A DNA stretch of 64,000 bases from Candidatus Latescibacterota bacterium (GCA_965262145.1 OZ253501.1:4260946-4324945); one strand, 5' to 3'; numbered from the stretch's first letter, positions 1 through 10,270 are shown. Numbers and translations are program-made. The notes: generated from the letters alone by a model not told the origin.

Positions 1-2
1 TA

Positions 3-401
3 GGCGAATTTGGCAATCACCCCCTGTGGCATCCCAATGGTCGGGAAATTTTGACCAACAGCCCATTCGAAGGGTCGCAGGGCAATAAACTGGTACTGAC
101 CAATGTGGAAACAGGTGAAGAGCGTTTGGCTGCTACCTGTGTGAAAGGCGCGGGGCATCCCTCCTTTTCTCCAGACGGCAAATACATTGTGATAGATGGG
201 GTGAACCACACAACAAAAGAAGCCAAAATTTTGCTGGTAGATGTCGAAACCGATACCGTTGAAACGCTATTGGAACTCTCGGTCTTTGATCACTCCCATG
301 CCGGAACGCATCTGCACCCGGTATGGCGGCAAGATAGCTCGCAGATTCTATACGCCAGCGACGCATCCGAGATTTGCCAATTGTGTGTGATTGACGTGTA
401 A
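3..401 (+). CDS. C-terminal fragment of a PD40/TolB-like beta-propeller repeat protein; the 5' end lies outside the window
   Basis: The open frame runs from the window edge to a stop at 399-401. It contains the PD40-like repeat 'SPDGKYIVIDG' and has beta-propeller-like composition. Confidence 0.5.
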   Translation, partial: GEFGNHPLWHPNGREILTNSPFEGSQGNKLVLTNVETGEERLAATCVKGAGHPSFSPDGKYIVIDGVNHTTKEAKILLVDVETDTVETLLELSVFDHSHAGTHLHPVWRQDSSQILYASDASEICQLCVIDV

Positions 402-412
402 AGGAGAATCCC

Positions 413-1246
413 ATGCCCGTGAAATCCGTTTATATGATGACCGATTTGGAAGGCGCAGCCGGAGTAGATGACTGGGATCCGAGACACCGGGAAGATGCGA
501 CAACGGCAAAAGGCGTGTACGACCGCGCCGAGATGCAGCGATTATTGACAGGTGAAGTCAATGCCGCAGCCAAAGGATTATTTGCAGCAGGCGTAGAAAA
601 CATAATCATCAACGACGCACATGGAGCGGGGCGCACAATTTTGTCAGAAGAATTGATCTCAGGTGTGAAACTCGTACAGGGCGTCAACCGCCCCTGCTGG
701 TTGCCGGGACTATCGCCCAAATTTGACGCATTGATTCAAGTGGGCATGCATGCGATGACCGGCACGCCCAATGGATGTCTCGCACATTCGATGAGCCGCG
801 ATATGGTCTATCGCGTCAATGGTGCCGAAGTCGGCGAGATGGAAATGGCGGCTTATTTGTGTGGGCATCTGGGTATTCCCTGGGTCTTTACATCGGGCGA
901 TTTGCACGCATGTACCGAATCCGAGCGCTGGGTTAACCGCATTGTCACAGCACCAGTAAAAGAAGGTCTGGGAGAATTATGCGCTCTCCACCTGGCGCCC
1001 GTAGATGCTCGCGCCCTCATCAAGACGCGCGTTTATGAAGCCATGGAGCGCGTCGAAAATATCGAACCCCTCATTGCAGAAAGTCCTGTAGTGCTGGAGG
1101 TAACGCGCCCAGAACCCGGTCCTTCCTCAATACGAGAAGGGTGTGAGCGCGTGGATGACTTTACAGTTCGGTGTGAAGGCAAATCCTTCTGGCAGGTATT
1201 TCATCACTATGTTTATGGCAAGCCGGATTTTCCGGTTCCCGCGTAA
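413..1246 (+). CDS. D-aminopeptidase DppA-like (peptidase M55 family)
   Basis: A 277-aa ORF sits behind the RBS 'aggaga'. Its N-terminus, 'VYMMTDLEGAAGVDDWD', resembles the M55 'ISADIEGVAGV' start. The size also fits. Confidence 0.55.
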   Translation: MPVKSVYMMTDLEGAAGVDDWDPRHREDATTAKGVYDRAEMQRLLTGEVNAAAKGLFAAGVENIIINDAHGAGRTILSEELISGVKLVQGVNRPCWLPGLSPKFDALIQVGMHAMTGTPNGCLAHSMSRDMVYRVNGAEVGEMEMAAYLCGHLGIPWVFTSGDLHACTESERWVNRIVTAPVKEGLGELCALHLAPVDARALIKTRVYEAMERVENIEPLIAESPVVLEVTRPEPGPSSIREGCERVDDFTVRCEGKSFWQVFHHYVYGKPDFPVPA

Positions 1247-1270
1247 TTTCTTCGCATTATAGGAGGATGT

Positions 1271-1978
1271 ATGAAAGTCAAAATAGAGAATCAATTTCGA
1301 GCACCTTATGGTGTGCCAAACGGTTTGCAACTCACTGACGATGGTTTGTGGATTGTAGATCAGGTAACGGACCGGGTGGCGTTGATGAGTATGAAAGACG
1401 GTGATAAAGACGATTATTACGGCAATCGCCGCCTGTTGAAAGACATCCCATCGGAATCCTCAAATACCAGTGGCATGGCCGCAGGCGATGGATCCTTGTG
1501 GTTGGCCGCCAATGGACCGGGTCAGCGCTGGCGGCTGCCGCGCGAAAACGACGCCCCCCAGGGTGAAATTTTGCGCGTAGATCCCTGTAACGGAGAAACA
1601 CAGGGCCGCTGGGCACTGCCCACAGGTGGCGGCACGCACGGCGTGGAATACGATGTGATTGAACCGGGCACATTGTGGCTGACGACCTTAAAAGAACAGA
1701 CCATTACGCAGATGCGTATTGCAGATTGGTCCGCTATCCGAACATTAAAACTGCCTTTGCACCGCGCACACGGTGTGGTGCGAATGGAAGAAGATGCGAT
1801 TTGGGTGGTTCATACGGGTGATCGGGTAATTGTAAAACTGGACCTGGCGACAAATGCAGAACTCGACCGCATTGTGGTGCCCGAACCGCATCCCGAACCG
1901 CATGGGCTGTCCATCTGCGAGGGTGGATTTTTGTATTGCGATGCCACATCGGGGTGGGTCTCTAAAATTTCATGGTGA
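1271..1978 (+). CDS. Hypothetical protein, likely beta-propeller fold
   Basis: A 235-aa ORF sits behind the RBS 'aggagg'. It has repeated W/G-rich blade-like segments. I recognise no specific family. Confidence 0.4.
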   Translation: MKVKIENQFRAPYGVPNGLQLTDDGLWIVDQVTDRVALMSMKDGDKDDYYGNRRLLKDIPSESSNTSGMAAGDGSLWLAANGPGQRWRLPRENDAPQGEILRVDPCNGETQGRWALPTGGGTHGVEYDVIEPGTLWLTTLKEQTITQMRIADWSAIRTLKLPLHRAHGVVRMEEDAIWVVHTGDRVIVKLDLATNAELDRIVVPEPHPEPHGLSICEGGFLYCDATSGWVSKISW

Positions 1979-2012
1979 GATACATGTGGGACGCTTCTGT
2001 TATCTTTCAATT

Positions 2013-2040
2013 AGCCCCGGTTCTCCGGGGCTTTTCTTTC
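2013..2040 (+). terminator. Rho-independent terminator
   Basis: A GC hairpin agccccgg-ttct-ccggggct is followed by a T-rich tract 35 nt after the stop at 1978. Confidence 0.6.
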
Positions 2041-2056
2041 TGACAACTGAGGTAAT

Positions 2057-3646
2057 GTGATGAGCGATCGAGCAGTAATCGGCGTCGATGTGGGCACGGG
2101 CAGTGTGCGGGCAGGTGTATTTGACTTAGCCGGCACCATGCTGGGCACAGCATCCTCGCCCATTCTGGAATTTAATCCCAAACCCGATTTTTACGAACAA
2201 TCCTCGGAAAATATCTGGGCAGAAACCGGAAAAGTCGTTCGCCAGGCCATCGCCCAATCTGGCCTCTCGCCCGATGCAATAATCGGCATGAGTTTTGACG
2301 CAACCTGTTCTCTCGTCGTCTTAGATACTGCTGGACAGCCCCTGACCGTATCTGAAACAGGCGAAACCGAGCGCAACATCATTGTATGGCGAGATCACCG
2401 TGCAATTGATCAGACGAATCGCATCAATGCGGGTGGATATGATGTATTACAATATGTCGGCGGCACAATGTCGCCCGAGCAAGAACCGCCAAAACTATTG
2501 TGGATCAAAGAAAACCTACCTGCAACCTGGCAAAAAGCGGGCAAATTTTTTGATCTGGCAGATTTTATGGTGTACAAAGCAACGGGGACCGACCGCCGCA
2601 GTTTGTGTACCAACGTGTGCAAATGGACCTATCTGGGTCATGAATCGCGCTGGGATCGCACCTTTTTTGATGCCATTGGTCTGGGCGATTTATTTGACGG
2701 CGGGAAAGTAACAGAAGATGTCGCGCCCATGGGCGAAAACGCGGGTACCCTGAGTGCAGAGGCCGCCGACCTGATGGGATTGACAACACAAACAGCCGTG
2801 GGTGTAGGCATCATCGATGCACATGCGGGAGGCATCGGCGCTGGGGTCAGCGAACCGATTTTGGCATTGATCGGCGGCACATCATCGTGTCACATGGCCG
2901 TGTCAAAAGATGCGCGATTTATCCCCGGCGTATGGGGACCTTACTTCGGTGCGATGCTGCCGGGCTTGTGGCTCAGCGAAGGTGGGCAAAGTGCAACAGG
3001 CGCATTATTGGATCACACCATCGAGCGATTTGGCATGGTCAAAGAAGAAAATCACTACTGGCATGTGCTTACAGGGAAAGAAATCAATGCCATATACGCA
3101 GAACTCAACGCGTACATTGCCGCAAAAGGCGTACGCTCAGACTGGACAGAGCGGCTGCATATCTTGCCCGATCACCACGGCAACCGATCTCCCAAAGCCG
3201 ATCCCAACGCACGGGGAATGATGGATGGTTTGACCCTGGATATGTCGTACAATACGCTGGCGCAAATTTATCACGCAACCATCCAGGCAGTAGCTTATGG
3301 CACGCGCAATATTATCGACGAAATGGAAAAACAGGGCTACGCAATTGAACAGATCAATGCGTGTGGAGGCGGCACAAAAAACGCGCTGTGGATACGCGAA
3401 CACGCCGACGCCACGCAACGCCCCATTCATCTACCCAAAGAACCCGAAGCCGTATTACTCGGATCAGCCATCCTCGGTGCCGTCGCCGCGGGAGCTTATG
3501 TCTCAATCCAGGAAGCGATGGGCGCGATGTGTCACGCGGGTGAGGTCATCGAACCCAATCGAGACACAGCAGATTATCACGCATGGAAATACGAACAACA
3601 GTTGGCGATGTACGACCAGCATGTGAACCGACGCAACACCGACTGA
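2057..3646 (+). CDS. FGGY-family carbohydrate (pentulose/ribulo-) kinase
   Basis: The N-terminus 'AVIGVDVGTGSVRAGVFD' is an FGGY_N signature. The protein is 529 aa with the typical two-domain length. Confidence 0.8.
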   Translation: MMSDRAVIGVDVGTGSVRAGVFDLAGTMLGTASSPILEFNPKPDFYEQSSENIWAETGKVVRQAIAQSGLSPDAIIGMSFDATCSLVVLDTAGQPLTVSETGETERNIIVWRDHRAIDQTNRINAGGYDVLQYVGGTMSPEQEPPKLLWIKENLPATWQKAGKFFDLADFMVYKATGTDRRSLCTNVCKWTYLGHESRWDRTFFDAIGLGDLFDGGKVTEDVAPMGENAGTLSAEAADLMGLTTQTAVGVGIIDAHAGGIGAGVSEPILALIGGTSSCHMAVSKDARFIPGVWGPYFGAMLPGLWLSEGGQSATGALLDHTIERFGMVKEENHYWHVLTGKEINAIYAELNAYIAAKGVRSDWTERLHILPDHHGNRSPKADPNARGMMDGLTLDMSYNTLAQIYHATIQAVAYGTRNIIDEMEKQGYAIEQINACGGGTKNALWIREHADATQRPIHLPKEPEAVLLGSAILGAVAAGAYVSIQEAMGAMCHAGEVIEPNRDTADYHAWKYEQQLAMYDQHVNRRNTD

Positions 3647-3721
3647 TCAGAAATTCGGTTGTGTTTCGCGCCATATCGCATTAGCATGGAGTTGTTAATA
3701 ATCAACTGAAGGAGGCATATC

Positions 3722-4555
3722 GTGAAACTCGGATACGGCACTTATGCGATGCAAACGGAAAACATCCTCGACGCGCTCCCGCGCCTGCGCGACATGGGTT
3801 ACGAAGCCCTCGAAATCAACACGGGTGACGACTGGCATACCGCCCCGCACAAACTCGACGCCGCTGCCCGCGAAACACTCGCCAAAACCATTGAGGACCT
3901 CGGCTTTGAATCGCCCGTCACCATGGCCTTAATGCCCATCTGCACACAAGGCGATGGCCGCCCAGCCATCCTCGAAAAATTTGACGCCGCCTGTATCCTC
4001 GCCAGTGATCTCGCATTCGGCGATAGCCCCGGCATCATCGTCAGCACACTCGGCGGTCTGCACGGCGCGTGGGACGACGTCAAACACACCTATTGCGATC
4101 AGCTCGTCGAATTGGGAGACCGCGCCGCCAAACACAATGTCATCCTCGCGACCGAACCCCATGCGGGCCACCCACTCGACACCCCTCAAAAAGTCGATTG
4201 GCTCATGCGGCAAACCGATCACGACAACGTCAAAGTCAATTTCGACATGAGCCACTTTCACGTTGACGGCATCGACCTCCAGCCAAGCGTTGACCTGTGC
4301 GCTCCATACACCGTCTCCACCCACATCAAAGACGGCCACCGCGTCAACGGACAAGTGCGCTACCTCCTGCCCGGCGAAGGCGACTTCGACCTCGTCGCCT
4401 ATTTCAAAGCCGTCTCAGCCGCAGGCATCACTGTCCCAATTACCGTCGAAGTTACCGCACAAATCTGGAAACAACCCGACTACGCCCCCTGGCCCGTCGC
4501 CGAACAATGCTTCAAAGCACTCGGTAATGCGCGCACAGAAGCGGGTGTCACATAG
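3722..4555 (+). CDS. Sugar phosphate isomerase/epimerase (xylose-isomerase-like TIM barrel)
   Basis: A GTG start lies 7 nt after a strong SD 'gaaggagg'. The 277 aa have the composition and length of TIM-barrel isomerase/epimerase family proteins. Confidence 0.7.
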   Translation: MKLGYGTYAMQTENILDALPRLRDMGYEALEINTGDDWHTAPHKLDAAARETLAKTIEDLGFESPVTMALMPICTQGDGRPAILEKFDAACILASDLAFGDSPGIIVSTLGGLHGAWDDVKHTYCDQLVELGDRAAKHNVILATEPHAGHPLDTPQKVDWLMRQTDHDNVKVNFDMSHFHVDGIDLQPSVDLCAPYTVSTHIKDGHRVNGQVRYLLPGEGDFDLVAYFKAVSAAGITVPITVEVTAQIWKQPDYAPWPVAEQCFKALGNARTEAGVT

Positions 4556-4585
4556 ATACACAGAGACAAAAGATCAGAGTCTATC

Positions 4586-6028
4586 ATGCCCTACAACATC
4601 CTCCTCATCCTGACCGATCAACAGCGCTGGGACTCACTCGGTTGTTGCGGTGTAAGCGGCGTACACACGCCCAACCTCGACCGCCTTGCCAGTGAAGGCA
4701 CGCGCTATGACCAGTGCTATGTCAACAACCCGATATGCACGCCCAGTCGCGCCAGCCTCTGGACCGGCAAACACCTGCCCGGCCACGGCGTTTACCGCCT
4801 GCACGATGTTTTGCCCCAGGATGAAATCCTCTTTCCCCATCACCTGCGCGAAACCGGATACGACACCGCGCTATTTGGAAAACTCCACGTTGCCGGTCAC
4901 ATGTGGGAAATGCAATACCGCCACCGCTTCGACGGCTTCAACACCTACGAATGGGCGCCCGACCCCAATGGATATCGCGGCTGTGACACCGCGTACTTCC
5001 GCTGGCTTGCAGTACACCACCCCGACATCCGCCAGCGCTGGAAACGCGACGGCAACCGCATCGGCCATGTGCGCGCCGAGAGCCATTTCACCACCTGGGC
5101 CGCCGAACGCACCATCGACTATCTCCACCGCATGCAGGGCACGCATCAACCCTTCTTCTGTTGCATGAGCGTCTTTGATCCTCACAGTCCCTATACAAAT
5201 TATCCCAAAAAATACGCCGACTATCTCGACATCGACGCCCTGCCCGAACCCTTTGCCGTAGATGAATCCTTTGATCATCGCCCAATCGCACACTGGCGGG
5301 AGCGCAGCAGACGATCTTTTCCACCAACGGACGCCCTGCGCGAAAGCCGTATCGGCTACCACGCTGCCATCACCCTCATCGACGAACAGGTTGGGCGCGT
5401 CTTGCAAACACTCGACAATACGGACTTTGCGGACAATACCATCGTCATCTTTGCCAGCGACCACGGCGACATGCTCGGCGACCACGGCCTCACCGTCAAA
5501 GGCGCGTACATGTACGACGCCTGCACCCGAGTGCCCATGATTATCCGCGTTCCTGGCGAACCCGGCGGTCAAACCATCAACACGCCCTGCCAACTTCACG
5601 ACATTGCAGCAACCGCACTAACCGTCGCCGGATGCGAACAACCCGACCTCATGCCCAATGCCTGCGACCTCTTAAACTTCAACGCCTTGCAACAACGCGG
5701 CCATGCCGTCTGCATGCACCGCAACTCGAGCACCACCCGCGGGGGCTATCACAACCCGGAATTGCACATCACCATGTGGCGGGAAAACCGCTACAAACTC
5801 AGCATCTACCACGCACCACAACCCAGACCCGACGATTGCCCCGGCGAACTCTTTGATTTAGAAACAGACCCCGACGAAATGAACAACCTCTGGTTCGACG
5901 CCGACATACAAGACACACGCGACCAACTCATCCACAAACTCACGGCTTTTCTCGTGCAACAAGACGCCCAGGGACGCGCAAGAGGTAGCGAAGCCCTGCC
6001 GCCGGGATTTTGGAAAGATAGCTCATGA
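4586..6028 (+). CDS. Cys-type sulfatase (formylglycine-dependent arylsulfatase family)
   Basis: It has the N-terminal 'ILLILTDQQRWD' and the C-x-P-S-R motif in 'CTPSRASLWTG'. The C-terminal 'SDHGDMLGDHG' block is also present. Confidence 0.9.
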   Translation: MPYNILLILTDQQRWDSLGCCGVSGVHTPNLDRLASEGTRYDQCYVNNPICTPSRASLWTGKHLPGHGVYRLHDVLPQDEILFPHHLRETGYDTALFGKLHVAGHMWEMQYRHRFDGFNTYEWAPDPNGYRGCDTAYFRWLAVHHPDIRQRWKRDGNRIGHVRAESHFTTWAAERTIDYLHRMQGTHQPFFCCMSVFDPHSPYTNYPKKYADYLDIDALPEPFAVDESFDHRPIAHWRERSRRSFPPTDALRESRIGYHAAITLIDEQVGRVLQTLDNTDFADNTIVIFASDHGDMLGDHGLTVKGAYMYDACTRVPMIIRVPGEPGGQTINTPCQLHDIAATALTVAGCEQPDLMPNACDLLNFNALQQRGHAVCMHRNSSTTRGGYHNPELHITMWRENRYKLSIYHAPQPRPDDCPGELFDLETDPDEMNNLWFDADIQDTRDQLIHKLTAFLVQQDAQGRARGSEALPPGFWKDSS

Positions 6029-7191
6029 CAAAAACCATCATCATGCCCAAATACGGCCTGCAGCAAGACAACGGCACCGTCGTTGAATGGCGCGTCAAAG
6101 AAGGCGACCATGTCAACAAGGGCGACATCCTCCTCGACCTGGAAACAGACAAAGCCCTCTTTGAATACGAATCGCCCGAAAGCGGTTACGTCCGCAAACT
6201 CGTCGCCCAAAACGGCGATGAAGTGCCAGTGCTCTCGGTCATAGCCCTCATAACCGACGAAGCCGACGAACCCATTGAAGATCTAACACCTGTCAGCACT
6301 GCCCCACCTACAGAGGAAACGCGCCAATTATCGGACACCGCAGAGCGAAAACCCGAAGAAGCACCCACCCAGCGCCTCAAACGGTCTCCCGCTGCCCGCC
6401 ACCGCGCTCGCGAACTCAATATTGACCTCGCCACCATTGCAGGCACTGGCCCAGGTGGCCGCATCGTACTCACAGATGTCGAACGCGCGGCATCTGCGGC
6501 TCCATCCCCCGCATCGAGCGCACTGTCGCGCATGCGCCAGGCCATTGGCAAAACTATGGCCTATAGCAAAAGCACCATTCCGCACTTTTATGTCGCCACT
6601 GAAATCGACATGACCGACGCGGAAATCTGGCGCAAAAACCTCGCTGAAACCGATGCCATCAAGCTCTCGGTCACCGACCTCTTTGTCAAAGCCACCGCAG
6701 ATGCCCTCACCCAATACCCGGTACTCAACGCCAGCCTTGACGGAGATACCGCCGTTATCGTACACGACACAGTCAACATCGGCCTGGCCGTCGGCACAGA
6801 CGATGGCCTCGTCGTCCCGGTCATCCCAAATGTCGATCAGGCATTTCTGACCGACCTCGCCGACGAACGCAGCCAGCGCGTCGAAGAAGCCAGGCAAGGC
6901 AAATTGCGCGGCGATGCCAGTGCCACCTTCACCATCTCGAACCTGGGGATGTACGGCATCACATCCTTCACCGCCATTGTCAATCCCCCCGAAGCCGCCA
7001 TCTTAGCCGTCGGCGCAGCCATCGCCCGCGTTGTACCTATCGGCGATACCATGACCATCGCCGTTCGCCAAATCGCCGAAGTCACACTCTCCGCCGACCA
7101 CCGCCTCGTTGATGGCGTGGTTGCAGCTCAATTTTTACAGGCACTAAAACAAAATCTGGAAGACGTAAACAAATTGGAAAGCTGGTTGTGA
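6025..7191 (+). CDS. 2-oxoacid dehydrogenase E2 component (dihydrolipoamide acyltransferase)
   Basis: It has an N-terminal lipoyl domain with 'LETDKA' and a catalytic 'SADHRLVDG' motif. It overlaps the sulfatase stop by 4 nt. Confidence 0.9.
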   Translation: MTKTIIMPKYGLQQDNGTVVEWRVKEGDHVNKGDILLDLETDKALFEYESPESGYVRKLVAQNGDEVPVLSVIALITDEADEPIEDLTPVSTAPPTEETRQLSDTAERKPEEAPTQRLKRSPAARHRARELNIDLATIAGTGPGGRIVLTDVERAASAAPSPASSALSRMRQAIGKTMAYSKSTIPHFYVATEIDMTDAEIWRKNLAETDAIKLSVTDLFVKATADALTQYPVLNASLDGDTAVIVHDTVNIGLAVGTDDGLVVPVIPNVDQAFLTDLADERSQRVEEARQGKLRGDASATFTISNLGMYGITSFTAIVNPPEAAILAVGAAIARVVPIGDTMTIAVRQIAEVTLSADHRLVDGVVAAQFLQALKQNLEDVNKLESWL

Positions 7192-7203
7192 AAAGGAGCC
7201 TTT

Positions 7204-8166
7204 ATGTCTCTACCCTCTGAAATCCTGATCAAAATGTACCGCACCATGCTCCGCATCCGCCGTTTTGAAGAACAAATCTGGGAAGTCTATACCGGCGGCC
7301 TCATGCACGGACTGGCGCACCTCTACATCGGCGAAGAAGCCGTTGCCGTGGGCGTTTGCGCTGCGCTGCGCGACGACGACTTCATCACCAGCACCCATCG
7401 CGGGCACGGGCACTGCGTTGCCAAAGGCGGGAACCTCGAAGCCATGATGGCCGAAGTTATGGGACGCGTCACCGGGCACTGCCGCGGTAAAGGGGGGTCC
7501 ATGCACATCGCCGACATGTCCGTTGGCATCCTGGGCGCAAATGGCATTGTCGGCGGCGGATTTGGCATTGCCACAGGCGCGGCCCTCTCGGCCCAAAAAC
7601 GCGGCACCGATCAAGTTGCCGTCTGCTTCTTTGGCGACGGCGCCTCCAATCAGGGCATCTTCTTTGAAGTCATGAACTTCGCCGCAATATGGAAACTTCC
7701 GGTTATCTACGTCTGCGAAAACAACCACTACGGCGAATACACCCCCACTGGAAATGTCACCGCGGGCAAAAGCATCGCCGATCGCTCCCTTCCCTTTGGC
7801 ATTCCCAGCACCACCGTAGATGGCTGCGACGCCATTGCCGTGTACGAAGCCACTGCCAAAGCCGTCGAACGCGCCAGAAAGGGCGACGGTGCCACACTCA
7901 TCGAATGCGACACATACCGCTACCGCGGGCACCACGTTGGCGATCCGGGGGAAGACTATCGATCAAAAGAAGAAATTGAATCCTGGATGGCCAAAGATCC
8001 CATCCAGCAGCTTCGCAAAAAAATCATGGACGACAACATCGCCTCTGGAGCCGAACTCGATGCGGAAGAGCGCGAAGTCGAAAAAGAAATGGAAAATGCG
8101 CTCGAAGCCGCCAAAACCGCGCCTTATCCCGATGTTGCGGAGGTCAATCAACATGTCTATGCGTGA
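7204..8166 (+). CDS. Pyruvate/acetoin-type 2-oxoacid dehydrogenase E1 alpha subunit (TPP-dependent)
   Basis: It carries 'GDGASNQG' and the 'YRYRGH' TPP/phosphorylation-loop region typical of E1 alpha. Confidence 0.9.
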   Translation: MSLPSEILIKMYRTMLRIRRFEEQIWEVYTGGLMHGLAHLYIGEEAVAVGVCAALRDDDFITSTHRGHGHCVAKGGNLEAMMAEVMGRVTGHCRGKGGSMHIADMSVGILGANGIVGGGFGIATGAALSAQKRGTDQVAVCFFGDGASNQGIFFEVMNFAAIWKLPVIYVCENNHYGEYTPTGNVTAGKSIADRSLPFGIPSTTVDGCDAIAVYEATAKAVERARKGDGATLIECDTYRYRGHHVGDPGEDYRSKEEIESWMAKDPIQQLRKKIMDDNIASGAELDAEEREVEKEMENALEAAKTAPYPDVAEVNQHVYA

Positions 8167-9139
8167 AATGACTTATGGCGAAGCCGTCAAAGAAGCCATC
8201 GCCGAAGAAATGCGGCGCGATCCCACGGTATTCCTCATGGGCGAAGACGTCGGCAAAGCGGGCACCGTATTCAAAGTCCTCACGGGCTTGCACGACGAAT
8301 TCGGCGACGACCGCGTCATCGACACGCCCATTGCAGAAGCGGGTCTCGTCGGTCTTGGTGTTGGAGCTGCGCTTACCGGCTCGCGTCCCATTGTCGATAT
8401 CATGTTTGGCGACTTCATCACCCTGGCAATGGACCAAATCGTAAACCAGGCCGCCAAACTGCGCTATATGTCCGGCGGCCAGGCCATCGTGCCCATCACC
8501 ATCCGCTCCACAATGGGCGCGGGACGCTCCTCTGCCGCGCAGCATTCGCAGAGCTTGCACGCCTGGCTCGCGCACATCCCCGGCCTCAAAGTCGTCATTC
8601 CCTCCACACCTGCCGACGCCAAGGGCCTCTTCAAATCCGCTGTTAGAGACGACAACCCCGTCATCATTTACGAAGACAAAATGATGTACGCCCTCAAAGG
8701 CATGGTGCCCACCGAAGAAGACTACACCATACCCTTTGGACAGGCCCACATCAAACGCGAAGGCGACGATGTCACCCTCATCGCCACATCGAGCATGGTT
8801 CACGTTGCCCTCGATGCTGCCGACATCCTCGCCGAACAAGGCATCAGCGCAGAAGTCGTTGACCCGCGCACCCTCGTTCCACTCGACAGAGAAACCCTCA
8901 TCGAATCCGTGGTCAAAACCACCCGCGCTGTCATCATCGACGAAGGCTACAAAAGTTTTGGTGTTACAGGGGAAATCGCCTCCATCGTCTATAACGGTGC
9001 CTTTGACTACATCGACGCGCCCATTGTTCGCCTCGGCGCAATGGACGTACCCGTTCCGTTTAGCAAACCCCTCGAAGACGCCACAATCCCCACACCCGAA
9101 GATGTGATCAAAGCCGTACAGGACATGAAAATCAGATAG
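8153..9139 (+). CDS. 2-oxoacid dehydrogenase E1 beta subunit
   Basis: 'MSMREMTYGEAVKEAIAEEM...FLMGEDVG' is the canonical E1 beta start. The ORF track's 7820 start is an out-of-context extension. This gene overlaps the E1 alpha stop by 14 nt. Confidence 0.9.
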   Translation: MSMREMTYGEAVKEAIAEEMRRDPTVFLMGEDVGKAGTVFKVLTGLHDEFGDDRVIDTPIAEAGLVGLGVGAALTGSRPIVDIMFGDFITLAMDQIVNQAAKLRYMSGGQAIVPITIRSTMGAGRSSAAQHSQSLHAWLAHIPGLKVVIPSTPADAKGLFKSAVRDDNPVIIYEDKMMYALKGMVPTEEDYTIPFGQAHIKREGDDVTLIATSSMVHVALDAADILAEQGISAEVVDPRTLVPLDRETLIESVVKTTRAVIIDEGYKSFGVTGEIASIVYNGAFDYIDAPIVRLGAMDVPVPFSKPLEDATIPTPEDVIKAVQDMKIR

Positions 9140-9155
9140 CACTCGCAAAAAAAAT

Positions 9156-9186
9156 AAGCCCGGCGATCTGCCGGGCTTTTGTATTG
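9156..9186. terminator. Bidirectional rho-independent terminator
   Basis: The hairpin gcccggc-gatct-gccgggc carries an A-run upstream and a T-run downstream. It lies between convergent E1 beta and tRNA-Leu. Confidence 0.7.
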
Positions 9187-9199
9187 CATAAATAAAAAG

Positions 9200-9284
9200 T
9201 GCCGAAGACGGGACTCGAACCCGTACGGGCGATTAGCCCAAGGGATTTTAAGTCCCTCGTGTCTACCAGTTCCACCACTTCGGC
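9200..9284 (-). tRNA. tRNA-Leu (anticodon TAA)
   Basis: The reverse complement folds as a class II tRNA. It has a 7-bp acceptor GCCGAAG/CTTCGGC, anticodon loop CTTAAAA, a long variable arm and a TTCGAGTCC T-arm. CCA is not encoded. Confidence 0.85.
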
Positions 9285-9364
9285 ACAGCAAAAAAAATAG
9301 ATAAAGGTGTCCTACTTGTCAAACGCACAATTCTCTCTTTATCTCCAAAAATCTCATCACAGAA

Positions 9365-10270
9365 TTATCCATCCAACCGTTCGGCCAGCGCACAGGTGGC
9401 TGGCGTGCCATCTACCTCCGCAAACACTTTTCCAAATTCCTCCCGAGAAACCTGCCGCGTATTCTCTCCGCGATACTGAAATTGCAGTGCCCTGCGGCGG
9501 TGCGGACTGCGGTTGGGAGGCGTGTGATGGGGCAGCATCGCCGAAAAGATCATCGCCCCTCCCGCCTTCATTTCCAATGGAACCGCATCACTGTAATCCA
9601 ACCGACCTTCCACAATCTGACAATCAATCGTATGTACGTGTTTGAATGCCTCGCCCTTATGTCTGCCGGGCAACACATGCATGCACCCATTCTCCACCGT
9701 TGCATCGTCCAGCGTAATCCACGCCGTAGCAACCGCCTCTAAAGGCAACCAGTCAAAATAGGCATTGTCCTGATGCCAGGGCTTTTCCGATCCGATAAAC
9801 GGCGGCTTGGAAAGAGCCATCTCGTTTTTCAAAACCACCTTCTGCCCCAGAACGCGCTCCACAAATCCCTTGATACGCGGATGTTCGACCAGGGCTTGAA
9901 ACGTGGGATGCGCCTGATGATACCCGTGCAGCTTGCGAAATTTAAGCTCGGCTTCGGCATTTTCCAATGATAGAGGCTCCTCAACACCCGGCTCAAAATG
10001 GATCCCAAACGGGCCGTCCAATTCCTGCACCTGAGTCCCAGCATAGTTCCCTCTTGCCCCAGATTTTGCTTCCCAAACCCGCGCCCGTCCCCCGCGTGCC
10101 TCGTCCATCAACCACCCCGTGATCTCGCTCAAAGCTGTCAGAGCAGCCTCGACCTCTTCGGCAGTCAGTACATTTTCAAATGCGAGATACCCATTTCGGT
10201 GAAATTGCGCCACCAGGGCATCGTCCATGTCCTCTGGACAATCCGGTAAACGCGCTATCGACACAGACAT
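9365..10270 (-). CDS. Phytanoyl-CoA dioxygenase (PhyH) family Fe(II)/2OG oxygenase
   Basis: It contains the 'HQDNAYF' motif. The length (301 aa) and overall pattern are PhyH-like. Confidence 0.75.
   Translation of the reverse strand: MSVSIARLPDCPEDMDDALVAQFHRNGYLAFENVLTAEEVEAALTALSEITGWLMDEARGGRARVWEAKSGARGNYAGTQVQELDGPFGIHFEPGVEEPLSLENAEAELKFRKLHGYHQAHPTFQALVEHPRIKGFVERVLGQKVVLKNEMALSKPPFIGSEKPWHQDNAYFDWLPLEAVATAWITLDDATVENGCMHVLPGRHKGEAFKHVHTIDCQIVEGRLDYSDAVPLEMKAGGAMIFSAMLPHHTPPNRSPHRRRALQFQYRGENTRQVSREEFGKVFAEVDGTPATCALAERLDG

Noticed and set aside
4871-5599. 242-aa minus-strand ORF inside the sulfatase gene. Similar long antisense ORFs occur at 7210-7935, 8144-9148, 11402-12379, 22316-23566, 24831-25589, 25641-26660, 58431-59006, 59270-60025, 60630-61244 and 61394-62188.
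   Set aside because: All are antisense to genes with clear family signatures in GC-rich DNA. Their translations are Arg/Pro/His/Ala-rich low-complexity sequences with no motifs. They are typical high-GC frame artefacts.
7820-8152. N-terminal extension of the E1 beta ORF (ORF track start 7820)
   Set aside because: The extension overlaps E1 alpha in another frame. The canonical E1 beta N-terminus MSMREMTYGEAV begins at 8153.
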